Below, in pieces: positions 15,001-28,237 of a stretch of DNA of 64,000 nt; within the stretch, counting starts at the first letter, position 1, and each line of letters starts with the position of its first letter. This DNA comes from Eledone cirrhosa (Eukaryota). The stretch covers positions 20,956,001-21,020,000 of the forward strand of contig OZ024741.1 in NCBI GenBank assembly GCA_964016885.1. Direction: 5' to 3'. Below the pieces are notes generated by a model. That model was given only the letters and a program-made list of their open reading frames with translations. It did no database searches and had not been told where the DNA came from. The translations under genes and the position numbers were made by a program.

Positions 15001-18000
15001 ATCTAATTGGTTGTCTTAGCTGGTCTTCACTCCCCAAGTTCCACCATATAATTGGTTGTCTTAGCTGGACTTTATTCTCCAAGTTCCACCATCTAATCTG
15101 TTATCTTAGCTGGTCTTCATTCCCAAGTTCCACAATCTAATTGGTTGTCTCAGCTGGTCTTCACTCCCCAAGTTTCACCATCTAATTGGTTGTCTTAGCT
15201 GGTCTTCACTCACCAAGTTCCACCATCTAATTGGTTGTTTTAGCTGGTCTTCACTCCCCAAGTTTCACCATCTAATTGGTTGTCTTAGCTGGTCTTCACT
15301 CCCCAAGTTCCACCATCTAATTGGTTGTTTTAGCTGGTCTTCACTCCCCAAGTTTCACCATCTAATTGGTTGTCTTAGCTGGTCTTCACTCCCCAAGGAC
15401 CACCATCTAATTGGTTGTCTTAGCTGGTCTTCACTCCCCAAGGACCACCATCTAATTGGTTGTCTTAGCTGGTCTTTACTCCCCAAGTTCCACCATCTGA
15501 TTGGTTGTCTTAGCTGGTCTTCACTCCCCAATTCCACCATCTAATTGGTTGTCTTAACTGGACTTCAGTCCCCAATTTCCTCGATTTTGTTGGTTGTCTT
15601 AGCTGTTCTTCATTCCCAAGTTCCACAATTTAATTGGTTTTTTTCGCTGGTCTTCACTCCCCAAGTTCTACCATCTTATTGGTTGTCTTACCTGGTCTTC
15701 ACTCCCCAAGTTCCAACATCTAATTGGTTGTCTTAGCTGGTCTTCACTCCCCAGGTTCCACCATCTAATTGGTTGTCTTAGCTGTTCTACATTCCCCAAT
15801 TCCACCATCTAATTGGTTGTCTTAACTGGACTTCAGTCCTCAAGTTCCACCATCTAATTGGTTGTCTTAACTGGACTTCAGTCCTCAAGTTCCACCATCT
15901 AATTGGTTGTCTTAGCTGGACTTTATTCTCCAAGTTCCACGATCTAATTGGTTATCTTAGCCGGTCTTCATTCCCTAGTTCCACAATCTAATTGGTTGTC
16001 TCAGCTGGTCTTCACTCCCCAAGTTTCACCATCTAATTGGTTGTCTTAGCTGGTCTTCACTCCCCAAGTTCCACCATCTAATTGGTTGTTTTAGCTGGTC
16101 TTCACTCCCCAAGTTCCACCATCTAATTGGTTGTCTTAGCTGGTCTTCACTCCCCAAGGTCCACCATCTAATTGATTGTCTTAGCTGGTCTTCACTCCCC
16201 AAGGTCCACCATCTAATTGGTTGTCTTAGCTGGTCTTCACTCCCCAAGGTCCAACATCTAATTGGTTGCCTTAGCTGGTCTTTACTACCCAAGTTTCACC
16301 ATCTGATTGGTTGTCTTAGCTGATCTTCACTCTTCAAGTTGCACCATCTAATTGGTTGTCTCAGCTGGTCTTCACTCTCCAAGTTCCAATTTTTAATTGG
16401 GAGTCTTAGCTGGTCTTCACTCCCCAAGTTCCACCATCGAATTGGTTTTCTTAGCTGGTCTTCACTCTGCATGTTCCACCAACTAATTGGTTGTCTTAGC
16501 TGGTCTTCAGTCTCCAAGTTCTACCATCTAATTGGTTCTCTTAGCTGGTCTTAACTCTCCAAGTTCTACCATCTAATTGGTTGTCTTAGCTGGTCTTCAC
16601 TCCCCAAGTTCCACCATCTAATTGGTTGTCTTAGCTGGACTTTATTCTCCAAGTTCCACCATCTAATCTGTTATCTTAGCTGGTCTTCATTCCCAAGTTC
16701 CACAATCTAATTGGTTGTCTCAGCTGGTCTTCACTCCCCAAGTTTCACCATCTAATTGGTTGTCTTAGCTGGTCTTCACTCACCAAGTTCCACCATCTAA
16801 TTGGTTGTTTTAGCTGGTCTTCACTCCCCAAGTTTCACCATCTAATTGGTTGTCTTAGCTGGTCTTCACTCCCCAAGTTCCACCATCTAATTGGTTGTTT
16901 TAGCTGGTCTTCACTCCCCAAGTTCCACCATCTAATTGGTTGTCTTAGCTGGTCTTCACTCCCCAAGTTCCACCATCTAATTGGTTGTCTTAGCTGGTCT
17001 TCACTCCCCAAGGACCACCATCTAATTGGTTGTCTTAGCTGGCCTTCACTCCCCAAGGTCTACCATCTAATTGGTTGTCTTAGCTGGTCTTTACTCCCCA
17101 AGTTCCACCATCTGATTGGTTGTCTTAGCTGGTCTTCACTCCCCAATTCCACCATCTAATTGGTTGTCTTAACTGGACTTCAGTCCCCAATTTCCTCGAT
17201 TTTGTTGGTTGTCTTAGCTGTTCTTCATTCCCAAGTTCCAACATCTAATTGGTTGTCTTAGCTGGTCTTCACTCCCCAGGTTCCACCATCTAATTGGTTG
17301 TCTTAGCTGTTCTACATTCCCCAATTCCACCATCTAATTGGTTGTCTTAACTGGACTTCAGTCCTCAAGTTCCACCATCTAATTGGTTGTCTTAACTGGA
17401 CTTCAGTCCTCAAGTTCCACCATCTAATTGGTTGTCTTAGCTGGACTTTATTCTCCAAGTTCCACCATCTAATTGGTTATCTTAGCTGGTCTTCATTCCC
17501 TAGTTCCACAATCTAATTGGTTGTCTCAGCTGGTGTTCACTCCCCAAGGTCCACCATCTAATTGATTGTCTTAGCTGGTCTTCACTCCCCAAGGTCCACC
17601 ATCTAATTGGTTGTCTTAGCTGGTCTTCACTCCCCAAGGTCCACCATCTAATTGGTTGTCTTAGCTGGTCTTCACTCCCCAAGGTCCACCATCTGATTGG
17701 TTGTCTTAGCTGGTCTTTACTCCCCAAGTTCCACCATCTGATTGGTTGTCTTAGCTGATCTTCACTCTTCAAGTTGCACCATCTAATTGGTTGTCTCAGC
17801 TGGTCTTCACTCTCCGAGTTCCAATTTTTAATTGGGTGTCTTAGCTGGTCTTCACTCCCCAAGTTCCACCATCGAATTGGTTTTCTTAGCTGGTCTTCAC
17901 TCTGCAAGTTCCACCATCTAATTGGTTGTCTTAGCTGGTCTTCAGTCTCCAAGTTCTACCATCTAATTGGTTCTTTTAGCTGGTCTTAACTCTCCAAGTT

Positions 18001-21000
18001 CTACCATCTAATTGGTTGTCTTAGCTGGTCTTCACTCCCCAAGTTCCACCATCTAATTGGTTGTCTTAGCTGGACTTTATTCTCCAAGTTCCACCATCTA
18101 ATTGGTTGACTTAGCTGGTCTTCAGTCTCCAAGTTCTACCATCTAATTGGTTCTCTTAGCTGGTCTTAACTCTCCAAGTTCTACCATCTAATTGGTTGTC
18201 TTAGCTGGTCTTCACTCCCCAAGTTCCACCATCTAATTGGTTGTCTTAGCTGGTCTTCACTCCCCAAGTTCCACCATCTAATTGGTTGTCTTAGCTGGTC
18301 TTCACTCCCCAAGGTCCACCATCTAATTGATTGTCTTAGCTGGTCTTCACTCCCCAAGTTCCACCATCTAATTGGTTGTCTTAGCTGGTCTTCACTCCCC
18401 AAGGTCCACCATCTAATTGGTTGTCTTAGCTGGTCTTTACTCCCCAAGTTCCACCATCTGATTAGTTGTCTTAGCTGGTCTTCACTCCCCAATTCCACCA
18501 TCTAATTGGTTGATTTAGCTGGTCTTCAGTCTCCAAGTTCTACCATCTAATTGGTTCTCTTAGCTGGTCTTAACTCTCCAAGTTCTACCATCTAATTGGT
18601 TGTCTTAGCTGGTCTTCTCTCCCCAAGTTCCACCATCTAATTGGTTGTCTTAGCTGGTCTTCACTCCCCAAGTTCCACCATCTAATTGGTTGTCTTAGCT
18701 GGTCTTCACTCCCCAAGGTCCACCATCTAATTGATTGTCTTAGCTGGTCTTCACTCCCCAAGTTCCACCATCCAATTGGTTGTCTTAGCTGGTCTTCACT
18801 CCCCAAGGTCCACCATCTAATTGGTTGTCTTAGCTGGTCTTTACTCCCCAAGTTCCACCATCTGATTAGTTGTCTTAGCTGGTCTTCACTCCCCAATTCC
18901 ACCATCTAATTGGTTGTTTTAGCTGGTCTTCACTCCCCAAGTTCCACCATCTAATTGGTTGTCTTAGCTGGTCTTCACTCCCCAAGGTCCACCATCTAAT
19001 TGATTGTCTTAGCTGGTCTTCACTCCCCAAGGTCCACCATCTAATTGGTTGTCTTAGCTGATCTTCACTCCCCAAGGTCCACCATCTAATTGGTTGTCTT
19101 AGCTGGTCTTCACTCCCCAAGTTCCACCATCTAATTGGTTGTCTTAGCTGGTCTTTACTCCCCAAGTTCCACCATCTGATTGGTTGTCTTAGCTGGTCTT
19201 CACTCCCCAAGTTCCACCATCTGATTGGTTGTCTTAGCTGATCTTCACTCTTCAAGTTGCACCATCTAATTGGTTGTCTCAGCTGGTCTTCACTCTCCAA
19301 GTTCCAATTTTTAATTGGGTGTCTTAGCTGGTCTTCACTCTGCAAGTTCCACCATCTAATTGGTTGTCTTAGCTGGTCTTCACTCTGCAAGTTCCACCAT
19401 GTAATTGGTTGTCTTAGCTGGTCTTCAGTCTCCAAGTTCTACCATCTAATTGGTTCTCTTAGCTGGTCTTAACTCTCCAAGTTCTACCATCTAATTGGTT
19501 GTCTTAGCTGGTCTTCACTCCCCAAGTTCCACCATCTAATTGGTTGTCTTAGCTGGACTTTATTCTCCAAGGTCCACCATCTAATTGGTTATCTTAGCTG
19601 GTCTTCACTCCCCAAGTTCCACCATCTAATTGGTTGTTTTAGCTGGTCTTCACTCCCCAAGTTTCACCATCTAATTGGTCGTCTTAGCTGGTCTTCACTC
19701 CCCAAGGACCACCATCTAATTGGTTGTCTTAGCTGGTCTTCACTCCCCAAGGTCCACCATCTAATTGGTTGTCTTAGCTGGTCTTTACTCCCCAAGTCCC
19801 ACCATCTGATTGGTTGTCTTAGCTGGTCTTCACTCCCCAATTCCACCATCTAATTGGTTGTCTTAACTGGACTTCAGTCCCCAATTTCCTCGATTTTGTT
19901 GGTTGTCTTAGCTGTTCTTCATTCCCAATTTCCACAATTTAATTGGTTTTTTTAGCTGGTCTTCACTCCCCAAGTTCTACCATCTTATTGGTTTTCTTAC
20001 CTGGTCTTCACTCCCCAAGTTCCAACATCTAATTGGTTGTCTTAGCTGGTCTTCACTCCCCAGGTTCCACCATCTAATTGGTTGTCTTAGCTGTTCTACA
20101 TTCCCCAATTCCACCATCTAATTGGTTGTCTTAACTGGACTTCAGTCCTCAAGTTCCACCATCTAATTGGTTGTCTTAACTGGACTTCAGTCCTCAAGTT
20201 CCACCATCTAATTGGTTGTCTTAGCTGGACTTTATTCTCCAAGTTCCACCATCTAATTGGTTATCTTAGCCGGTCTTCATTCCCTAGTTCCACAATCTAA
20301 TTGGTTGTCTCAGCTGGTCTTCACTCCCCAAGGTCCACCATCTAATTGATTGTCTTAGCTGGTCTTCACTCCCCAAGGTCCACCATCTAATTGGTTGTCT
20401 TAGCTGGTCTTCACTCCCCAAGGTCCACCATCTAATTGGTTGTCTTAGCTGGTCTTCACTCCCCAAGGTCCACCATCTAATTGGTTGTCTTAGCTGGTCT
20501 TTACTCCCCAAGTTCCACCATCTGATTGGTTGTCTTAGCTGGTCTTCACTCCCCAAGGTCCACCATCTAATTGATTGTCTTAGCTGGTCTTCATCCCCAA
20601 GTTCCACCATCTAATTGGTTGTCTTAGCTGGTCTTCACACCCCAAGGTCCACCATCTAATTGGTTGTCTTAGCTGGTCTTTACTCCCCAAGTTCCACCAT
20701 CTGATTGGTTGTCTTAGCTGATCTTCAGTCTTCAAGTTGCACCATCTAATTGGTTGTCTCAGCTGGTCTTCACTCTCCAAGTTCCAATTTTTAATTGGCT
20801 GTCTTAGCTGGTCTTCACTCCCCAAGTTCCACCATCGAATTGGTTTTCTTAGCTGGTCTTCACTCTGCAAGTTCCACCATCTAATTGGTTGTCTTAGCTG
20901 GTCTTCAGTCTCCAAGTTCTACCATCTAATTGGTTCTCTTAGCTGGTCTTAACTCTCCAAGTTCTACCATCTAATTGGTTGTCTTAGCTGGTCTTCACTC

Positions 21001-24000
21001 CCCAAGTTCCACCATCTAATTGGTTGTCTTAGCTGGACTTTATTCTCCAAGTTCCACCATCTAATTGGTTATCTTAGCTGGTCTTCATTCCCAAGTTTCA
21101 CCATCTAATTGGTTGGCTTAGCTGGTCTTCACTCCCCATGTTCCACCATCTAATTGGTTGCTTTAGCTGGTCTTCACTCCCCAAGTTCCACCATCTAATT
21201 GGTTGTCTTAGCTGGTCTTCACTCCCCAAGTTCCACCATCTAATTGGTTGTCTTAGCTGGTCTTTACTCCCCAAGTTCCACCATCTGATTGGTTGTCTTA
21301 GCTGGTCTTCACTCCCCAAGGTCCACCATCTAACTGGTTGTCTTAGCTGGTCTTCACTCCCCAAGGTCCACCATCTAATTGGTTGTCTTAGCTGGTCTTC
21401 ACTCCCGAAGGTCCACCATCTAATTGGTTGTCTTAGCTGGTCTTTACTCCCCAAGTTCCACCATCTGATTGGTTGTCTTAGCTGATCTTCACTCTTCAAG
21501 TTGCACCATCTAATTGGTTGTCTCAGCTGGTCTTCACTCTCCAAGTTCCAATTTTTAATTGGGTGTCTTAGCTGGTCTTCACTCCCCAAGTTCCACCATC
21601 GAATTGGTTGTCTTAGCTGGTCTTCACTCTGCAAGTTCCACCATCTAATTGGTTGTCTTAGCTGGTCTTCAGTCTCCAAGTTCTACCATCTAATTGGTTC
21701 TCTTAGCTGGTCTTCATTCCCAAGTTCCACCATCTAATTGGTTATCTTAGCTGGTCTTCATTCCCAAGTTCCACAATCTAATTGGTTGTCTCAGCTGGTC
21801 TTCACTCCCCAAGTTTCACCATCTAATTGGTTGTCTTAGCTGGTCTTCACTCCACAAGTTCCACCATCTAATTGGTTGTTTTAGCTGGTCTTCACTCCCC
21901 AAGTTTCACCATCTAATTGGTTGTCTTAGCTGGTCTTCACTCCCCAAGTTCCACCATCTAATTGGTTGTTTTAGCTGGTCTTCAATCCCCAAGTTCCACC
22001 ATCTAATTGGTTGTCTTAGCTGGTCTTCACTCCCCAAGTTCCACCATCTAATTGGTTGTCTTAGCTGGTCTTCACTCCCCAAGGTCCACCATCTAATTGA
22101 TTGTCTTAGCTGGTCTTCACTCCCCAAGGACCACCATCTAATTGGTTGTCTTAGCTGGTCTTCACTCCCCAAGGTCCACCATCTAATTGGTTGTCTTAGC
22201 TGGTCTTTACTCCCCAAGTTCCACCATCTGATTGGTTGTCTTAGCTGGTCTTCACTCCCCAAGGTCCACCATCTAATTGATTGTCTTAGCTGGTCTTCAT
22301 CCCCAAGTTCCACCATCTAATTGGTTGTCTTAGCTGGTCTTCACTCCCCAAGGTCCACCATCTAATTGGTTGTCTTAGCTTGTCTTCACTCCCCAAGGTC
22401 CACCATCTAATTGGTTGTCTTAGCTGATCTTCACTCTTCAAGTTGCACCATCTAATTGGTTGTCTCAGCTGGTCTTCACTCTCCAAGTTCCAATTTTTAA
22501 TTGGGTGTCTTAGCTGGTCTTCACTCCCCAAGTTCCACCATCGAATTGGTTGTCTTAGCTGGTCTTCACTCTGCAAGTTCCACCATCTAATTGGTTGTCT
22601 TAGCTGGTCTTCAGTCTCCAAGTTCTACCATCTAATTGGTTGTCTTAGCTGGTCTTAACTCTCCAAGTTCTACCATCTAATTGGTTGTCTTAGCTGGTCT
22701 CCACTCCCCAAGTTCCACCATCTAATTGGTTGTCTTAGCTGGACTTTATTCTCCAAGTTCCACCATCTAATTGGTTATCTTAGCTGGTCTTCATTCCCAA
22801 GTTCCACAATCTAATTGGTTGTCTCAGCTGGTCTTCACTCCCCAAGTTTCACCATCTAATTGGTTGTCTTAGCTGGTCTTCACTCCACAAGTTCCACCAT
22901 CTAATTGGTTGTTTTAGCTGGTCTTCACTCCCCAAGTTTCACCATCTAATTGGTTGTCTTAGCTGGTCTTCACTCCCCAAGTTCCACCATCTAATTGGTT
23001 GTTTTAGCTGGTCTTCAATCCCCAAGTTCCACCATCTAATTGGTTGTCTTAGCTGGTCTTCACTCCCCAAGTTCCACCATCTAATTGGTTGTCTTAGCTG
23101 GTCTTCACTCCCCAAGGTCCACCATCTAATTGATTGTCTTAGCTGGTCTTCACTCCCCAAGGACCACCATCTAATTGGTTGTCTTAGCTGGTCTTCACTC
23201 CCCAAGGTCCACCATCTAATTGGTTGTCTTAGCTGGTTTTTACTCCCCAAGTTCCACCATCTGATTGGTTGTCTTAGCTGGTCTTCACTCCCCAATTCCA
23301 CCATCTAATTGGTTGTCTTAACTGGACTTCAGTCCCCAATTTCCTTGATTTTGTTGGTTGTCTTAGCTGTTCTTCATTCCCAAGTTCCACAATTTAATTG
23401 GTTTTTTTAGCTGGTCTTCACTCCCCAAGTTCTACCATCTAATTGGTTGTCTTAGCTGGTCTTCACTCCCCAAGTTCCACCATCTAATTGGTTGTTTTAG
23501 CTGGTCTTCACTCCCCAAGTTCCACCATCTAATTGGTTGTCTTAGCTGGTCTTCACTCCCCAAGGTCCACCATCTAATTGGTTGTCTTAGCTGGTCTTCA
23601 CTCCCCAAGGTCCACCATCTAATTGGTTGTCTTAGCTGGTCTTTACTCCCCAAGTTCCACCATCTGATTGGTTGTCTTAGCTGGTCTTCACTCCCCAAGG
23701 TCCACCATCTAATTGATTGTCTTAGCTGGTCTTCACCCCCAAGTTCCACCATCTAATTGGTTGTCTTAGCTGGTCTTCACTCCCCAAGGTCCACCATCTA
23801 CTTGGTTGTCTTAGCTGGTCTTTACTCCCCAAGTTCCACCACCTGATTGGTTGTCTTAGCTGATCTTCACTCTTCAAGTTGCACCATCTAATTGGTTGTC
23901 TCAGCTGGTCTTCACTCTCCAAGTTCCAATTTTTAATTGGGTGTCTTAGCTGGTCTTCACTCCCCAAGTTCCACCATCTAATTGGTTGTCTTAGCTGGTC

Positions 24001-24630
24001 TTCAGTCTCCAAGTTCTACCATCTAATTGGTTCTCTTAGCTGGTCTTAACTCTCTAAGTTCTACCATCTAATTGGTTGTCTTAGCTGGTCTTCACTCCCC
24101 AATTCCATCATCTAATTGGTTGTCTTAGCTGGTCTTCATTCTCCAAGTTACACCATCTAAATGGTTGTCTTAGCTGGTCTTCACTCCCCAAGTTCCACCA
24201 TCTAATTGGTTGTCTTAGCTGGTTTTCACTCCCCAAGTTCCACCATCTAATTAGTTGTCTTAGCTGGTCTTCTCTCCCTAAGTTCCATCATCTAATTTGT
24301 TGTCTTAGCTGGTCTTCACTCCCCAAGTTCCACCATCTAATTGGTTGTCTTAGCTGGTCTTCATTCTCCAAGTTCCACCATCTAATTGGTTATCTTAGCT
24401 GGTCTTCACTCCCCAAGTTCCACCATCTAATTGGTTGTCTTAGCTGGTCTTCAGTCCCCAAGTTCCACCATCTAATTGGTTGTCTTAGCTGGTCTTCACA
24501 CCCCAAGTTCCACCATCTAATTGGTTGTCTTAGCTGGTCTTCATTCTCCAAGTTCCACCATCTAATTGGTTGTCTTAGCTGGTCTTCACTCCCCAAGTTC
24601 CACCATCTAATTGGTTGTCTTAGCTGATCT
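1..24630. repeat. 45-bp tandem satellite array, ~545 monomers, continuing beyond the left edge of the window
   Basis: Consensus TGGTCTTCACTCCCCAAG(T/G)TCCACCATCTAATTGGTTGTCTTAGC repeats continuously, with occasional 44-bp monomers. The array ends at TAGCTGATCT (~24630). All ORFs here are 15-aa translations of the unit. Confidence 0.98.
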
Positions 24631-25064
24631 ACACTGCAACCCACCTACAGATTCAACTTGTTTTTTTTCTATTCAAAGCAACCAGCCATTTTTACCTGGC
24701 TCCCTAGCACATTCGGCAATACATCTGGGAGGCCAACATTTTCTCGCCTACCCATCATTTTCTCTCCAGCACTGGTAAACTACCATAATAGCTTCATCCA
24801 CAGCTACTGGTACAACACTTACCATTAACATTTAATGCAAGAACAGCAACTTCGCCCATGTCAGACTTTATCCGTTTTCAGTTAGACCTTTGGTGGTCAC
24901 GTATAAACTACAAAACAGCTAGTCATTTGACACAGCGGCTCAACACGGCCTTTAGCGCCTCATTTTTTTCTTGCATGCATCCTTCTGCTCAATTATTTTT
25001 TCACTGATGTGCTCTTTCAGCATTTGTTCTTGCTGATTCAATAATCTGTATCGACTTCCGTCTC

Positions 25065-25617
25065 AAAGGGGAGTATTGTAGTGACCTACATTCCGCGGGC
25101 TCACATACATTCTCTGTGCGTGATTTGGCTCAGCTCAGCCAATCAGCGCCAGTAGAAGAGGATGTATACCTATGCGTCCTGAAGGAGAAATTCTCTGCCA
25201 AGATTTGAAGAATCTTCCTCTCGCACCAGGAACTTCGAACCAGTAACACGTACATGTGACGGTAAGATTTTGCACCTTGGCCTCCGGCTTTCCGGCGCAA
25301 TGGCACATTCCCTTTTGTAACCTCATTTTATGTGTAACTTTAACCATACAAGTTAACCAACATTATTTGTGGTGGATTGGCAGTATCGGTAGAGGGTCGG
25401 ACGCCATGCTTTCCAGCATAGTGACGCCCCTTTACGATCTGAGTTCAAATCCCGCCGAGGTTGACTTTGCCTTTCATCCTTACGGGGTCGATAAAATAAA
25501 GTACCAGTAATGCACTGGGTAATTGCTGGTCTTGTGCCTAAAGTAGAAACAATTATTTGTGCTACAACAAAATAAACATACATTTCATCCCTAATTTCTG
25601 CTGTTGACGTCATTATT
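25065..25617 (+). mobile_element. Polypurine tract plus putative gypsy-type 3' LTR, interrupted by a SINE
   Basis: AAAGGGGAG (25065-25073) is followed by TGTAGTGAC at 25077. The same PPT+TGTAGTGAC arrangement occurs at 36366-36384, and the complementary end CACTACA+PBS occurs at 35227. CCAAT at ~25139 and AATAAA at 25571. The right end is degenerate and approximate. Confidence 0.55.
25371..25555 (+). mobile_element. tRNA-derived SINE with target-site duplication
   Basis: A box TGGCAGTATCGG, B box GAGTTCAAATCC, core GCCTTTCATCCTTACGGGGTCGATAAAATAAAGTACCAG. Flanking direct repeat ATTATTTGTG at 25362-25371 and 25552-25561. Three more copies are in the window. Confidence 0.9.
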
Positions 25618-25659
25618 ATATTACTCGTGTCTCAATAACATTTATAATCCATGCTGCTA

Positions 25660-25940
25660 AAATTTCTATAAGCATGTCTATGTCACTTGTTGATTTTATA
25701 CTGTATTTTCTTTTCAATTTTCTAAGTTTAGTTTGTTTAACATGTTCACCTACTTTGTAATTTGTTAAAGTTTTTATGTCAGATCGGAGAAGGTTTATTT
25801 GGCGATTGATGTTCTCTCGCCAAGTAGATTTCTTGTGGGAATTCCTGTTTTTTTCATTTTCACTCCACATAAGTGAGTGGTGACTTTAGTCGATGCATAA
25901 TAGAGATGATTTAAATCAGTAATGTTTAGTTTGTTTGTGA
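25660..25940 (-). pseudogene. Fragment of the N-terminal region of a Dong/R4-clade non-LTR retrotransposon ORF
   Basis: Frameshifted peptides ITDLNHLYYAS and WRENINRQINLLRSDI...LKRKYSI...IEIL resemble the pre-RT region of R4/Dong ORFs (recalled similarity, no search run). The fragment begins at an (AAT)n tract. Confidence 0.55.
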
Positions 25941-26184
25941 TTATTATTATTATTATTATTGTTGTTGTTGTTGGTGAAGCCACGCTTCTTATCGCCTCCA
26001 GTTTTTTTTTCAACAGTTTACCTCGTTTTCAACCGTTCTAAACCTTTTATTCAAGTTTTAAATTTGATAAAAGTTTAGAAGAAGTGACCCACCTAATACA
26101 GGGGTTCACTCGTAAATAATACGGCACCCCTTTACGGGGTGTCGTATTTGTGTAAAAATATTTTTTGAAAAAAAAAATGTCAAC

Positions 26185-28205
26185 ATGGATAACACAAGAA
26201 AGAGAGAGAGAGAGAGCGCTGTCAGACAACACAGAGAGAGGGAGACTTTATCAGCATGTCAACAAGACAGCGTTCCAGCGGAGGTAAATATAAACGAAAA
26301 TATTACAAAGGAAAAGAGGATTGTTACAGATTTAAAATTACCAAATATTTCTAACACAAACAACACCAACAACAACACCATCAATAACAACAGCAACAAC
26401 AAAAATAACAGCGGTAAAGTCGAGAACGACAATAACAAAAATAACAGCGGTAAGGTCGAGAACGACAATAACAATGACAATAACAACAGCCACAACAACA
26501 ATAATAGTAGGAACAGTATCAACAAAAAACAACAATAATAACAACAGCCACAATAACAGTAACAACAGCAACAGTATCAACGAAAACACCAACATCTGTA
26601 CCAACAAAAACATCAACAATGACATCGATACCTGTAACAGCGATCTCAGCACCACCAGTAAGACCAGTAGTGGCAGCAATAGTGGTGCTGCTGAAAAAGG
26701 GACCACTTCTTTTGCAAGTGTCGCCCGAAATATCGAGACAGTGTTAGTCACAGAGGAGGAGATGGCAGTCGCAAGGGCCATGGTGACAAGAAGCGCCAAT
26801 AGAGTCTCCTTGAAACCTCCACCCGATTTTTTTCAAGGACCAGCAGCTACGGACGGTGACTTACCGCACCGTAAGCAAAATCTCACATCGGGTGGAGAGA
26901 GCCACGGAGGCTCAAATCCAAAAGGCCTTGGGGTGCGTCTGGGCACGCAAAACCCACATCACCCGAGGCAGAAATACGCCACAGTAGACGTACCCCCCCC
27001 CCCCCCCCCCCCCCAGGAAGCGAAGTCTCACTCTTTGGAAACCCTAAAGAGTGAGGAGACAGTCTTGGTGCCCTCCTACTGCGGCCAGAAAATTGTGAGG
27101 GTCAAAGTGACCCAGGTCCCACCCGACGTGCCCATACCTTGGCTGGCCGCGTCTGACCCTTGCTGGAATCGAGGACAGGACGACCATGCAGCAAGTAGAG
27201 AGAATAGGGAGAGAGAACTGGTCAGGTATAGGCATGCAAATGCTTATACAAACTGACCAGGAATGTATCGACGCTATCCCCGATATCATAGACATCGAGG
27301 AAGGAGTCCAACTCCCTATAAGCGTAGAAGGAAGACGGCCAAAATGTTATCTCTGTGGGTCGAAGGGTCACCTCAGGGCCTTTTGCCCGCAGAAGACAGC
27401 GAAGAAGGCCCCTCTCCTTCCAATACCTGGTCCGCTGCTACCAAGAGCAGGGCAGGAAACAAACGCAGAAACCCCTTCCACGGTGAGTAGGATGGCAACG
27501 TCCGTGGCACCCGTACCAAGGCCACGGACAACTAAAGCAGCAGCATCAGTGGCGGCAACACCAATAGCTACATTTGAAGTAGCTACACCAGCAACAAAAT
27601 TGCCGAAGAGGGCTCCACTACCTCCACCAACAGCCGTGGAGCACATACCCCTCCCAGACGCCACGGAATCCGATATTGAGTTTGAGGCGGGAGTGAAGTG
27701 ACAAACGGTCTGCCACAAAAAAGAAAAAAGAAAAAAAACCCTTAGATTCACCCTCCAAAAGCGAAGGCACACAAAGAGGGGTAAAGGCAGCAAGGAAACT
27801 TGCAGCAACACCACCGCCATCACCATCACCACCACAAGCACCACCGCCAACAACAACCACACCACCACCAGCATCATCAAAAACAGCAACAACGCAAACA
27901 AAACACACACACCAAACAGCACACAGCCATAAACACGGCAAAAAAAGAACTCATACAATATATAAAGCAGCACACAGACATCACAAAAAAAAAACTACTA
28001 CACCCCACCAACACCAAGAACTCTCCCGACAAACATAAGCATCATTGAAATCTCAATAGAACAGTACAAACCTTTAAAACAAAAATTCCCCAACGCAGTT
28101 GGAGACTTCAGAGGGTCGGTTACCAAGAGGATATACACTGACATCCTCTTGGAAACAACCATGACCAGCCAAAGGGACGGTTCACCACACGATCAAGGTA
28201 AGTGA
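26185..28205 (+). pseudogene. Tx1 copy A ORF1 (gag-like nucleic-acid-binding protein), frameshifted
   Basis: Asn-rich N-terminus, SFASVA, zinc knuckle VEGRRPKCYLCGSKGHLRAFC, Pro/Thr-rich tail, and a C-terminal block NISIIEISIEQYKPLKQKFPNAVG homologous to copies B and D. Stop TGA at 28203-28205. Confidence 0.85.
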
Positions 28206-28237
28206 CCCTTTCTCACTTGCCCCGTTTCTCATCCAAC

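Noticed and set aside
1-24630. CRISPR-like regular repeat array
   Set aside because: No unique spacers, no cas genes, and a eukaryotic repeat context.
470-24644. Dozens of ORFs encoding GSEDQLRQPIRWWNL or HHLIGCLSWSSLPKF repeats
   Set aside because: Artefacts of a 45-bp (3n) unit. Frequent 44-bp monomers and stops break the frame, and ORFs appear on both strands.
25371-25460. tRNA gene
   Set aside because: A and B boxes are present, but the sequence continues into a SINE body with TSDs and multiple dispersed copies, and there is no proper cloverleaf.
26992-27014. 23-nt poly-C run in ORF1 of copy A
   Set aside because: Homopolymer expansion or sequencing error in a decayed copy, absent from B and D.
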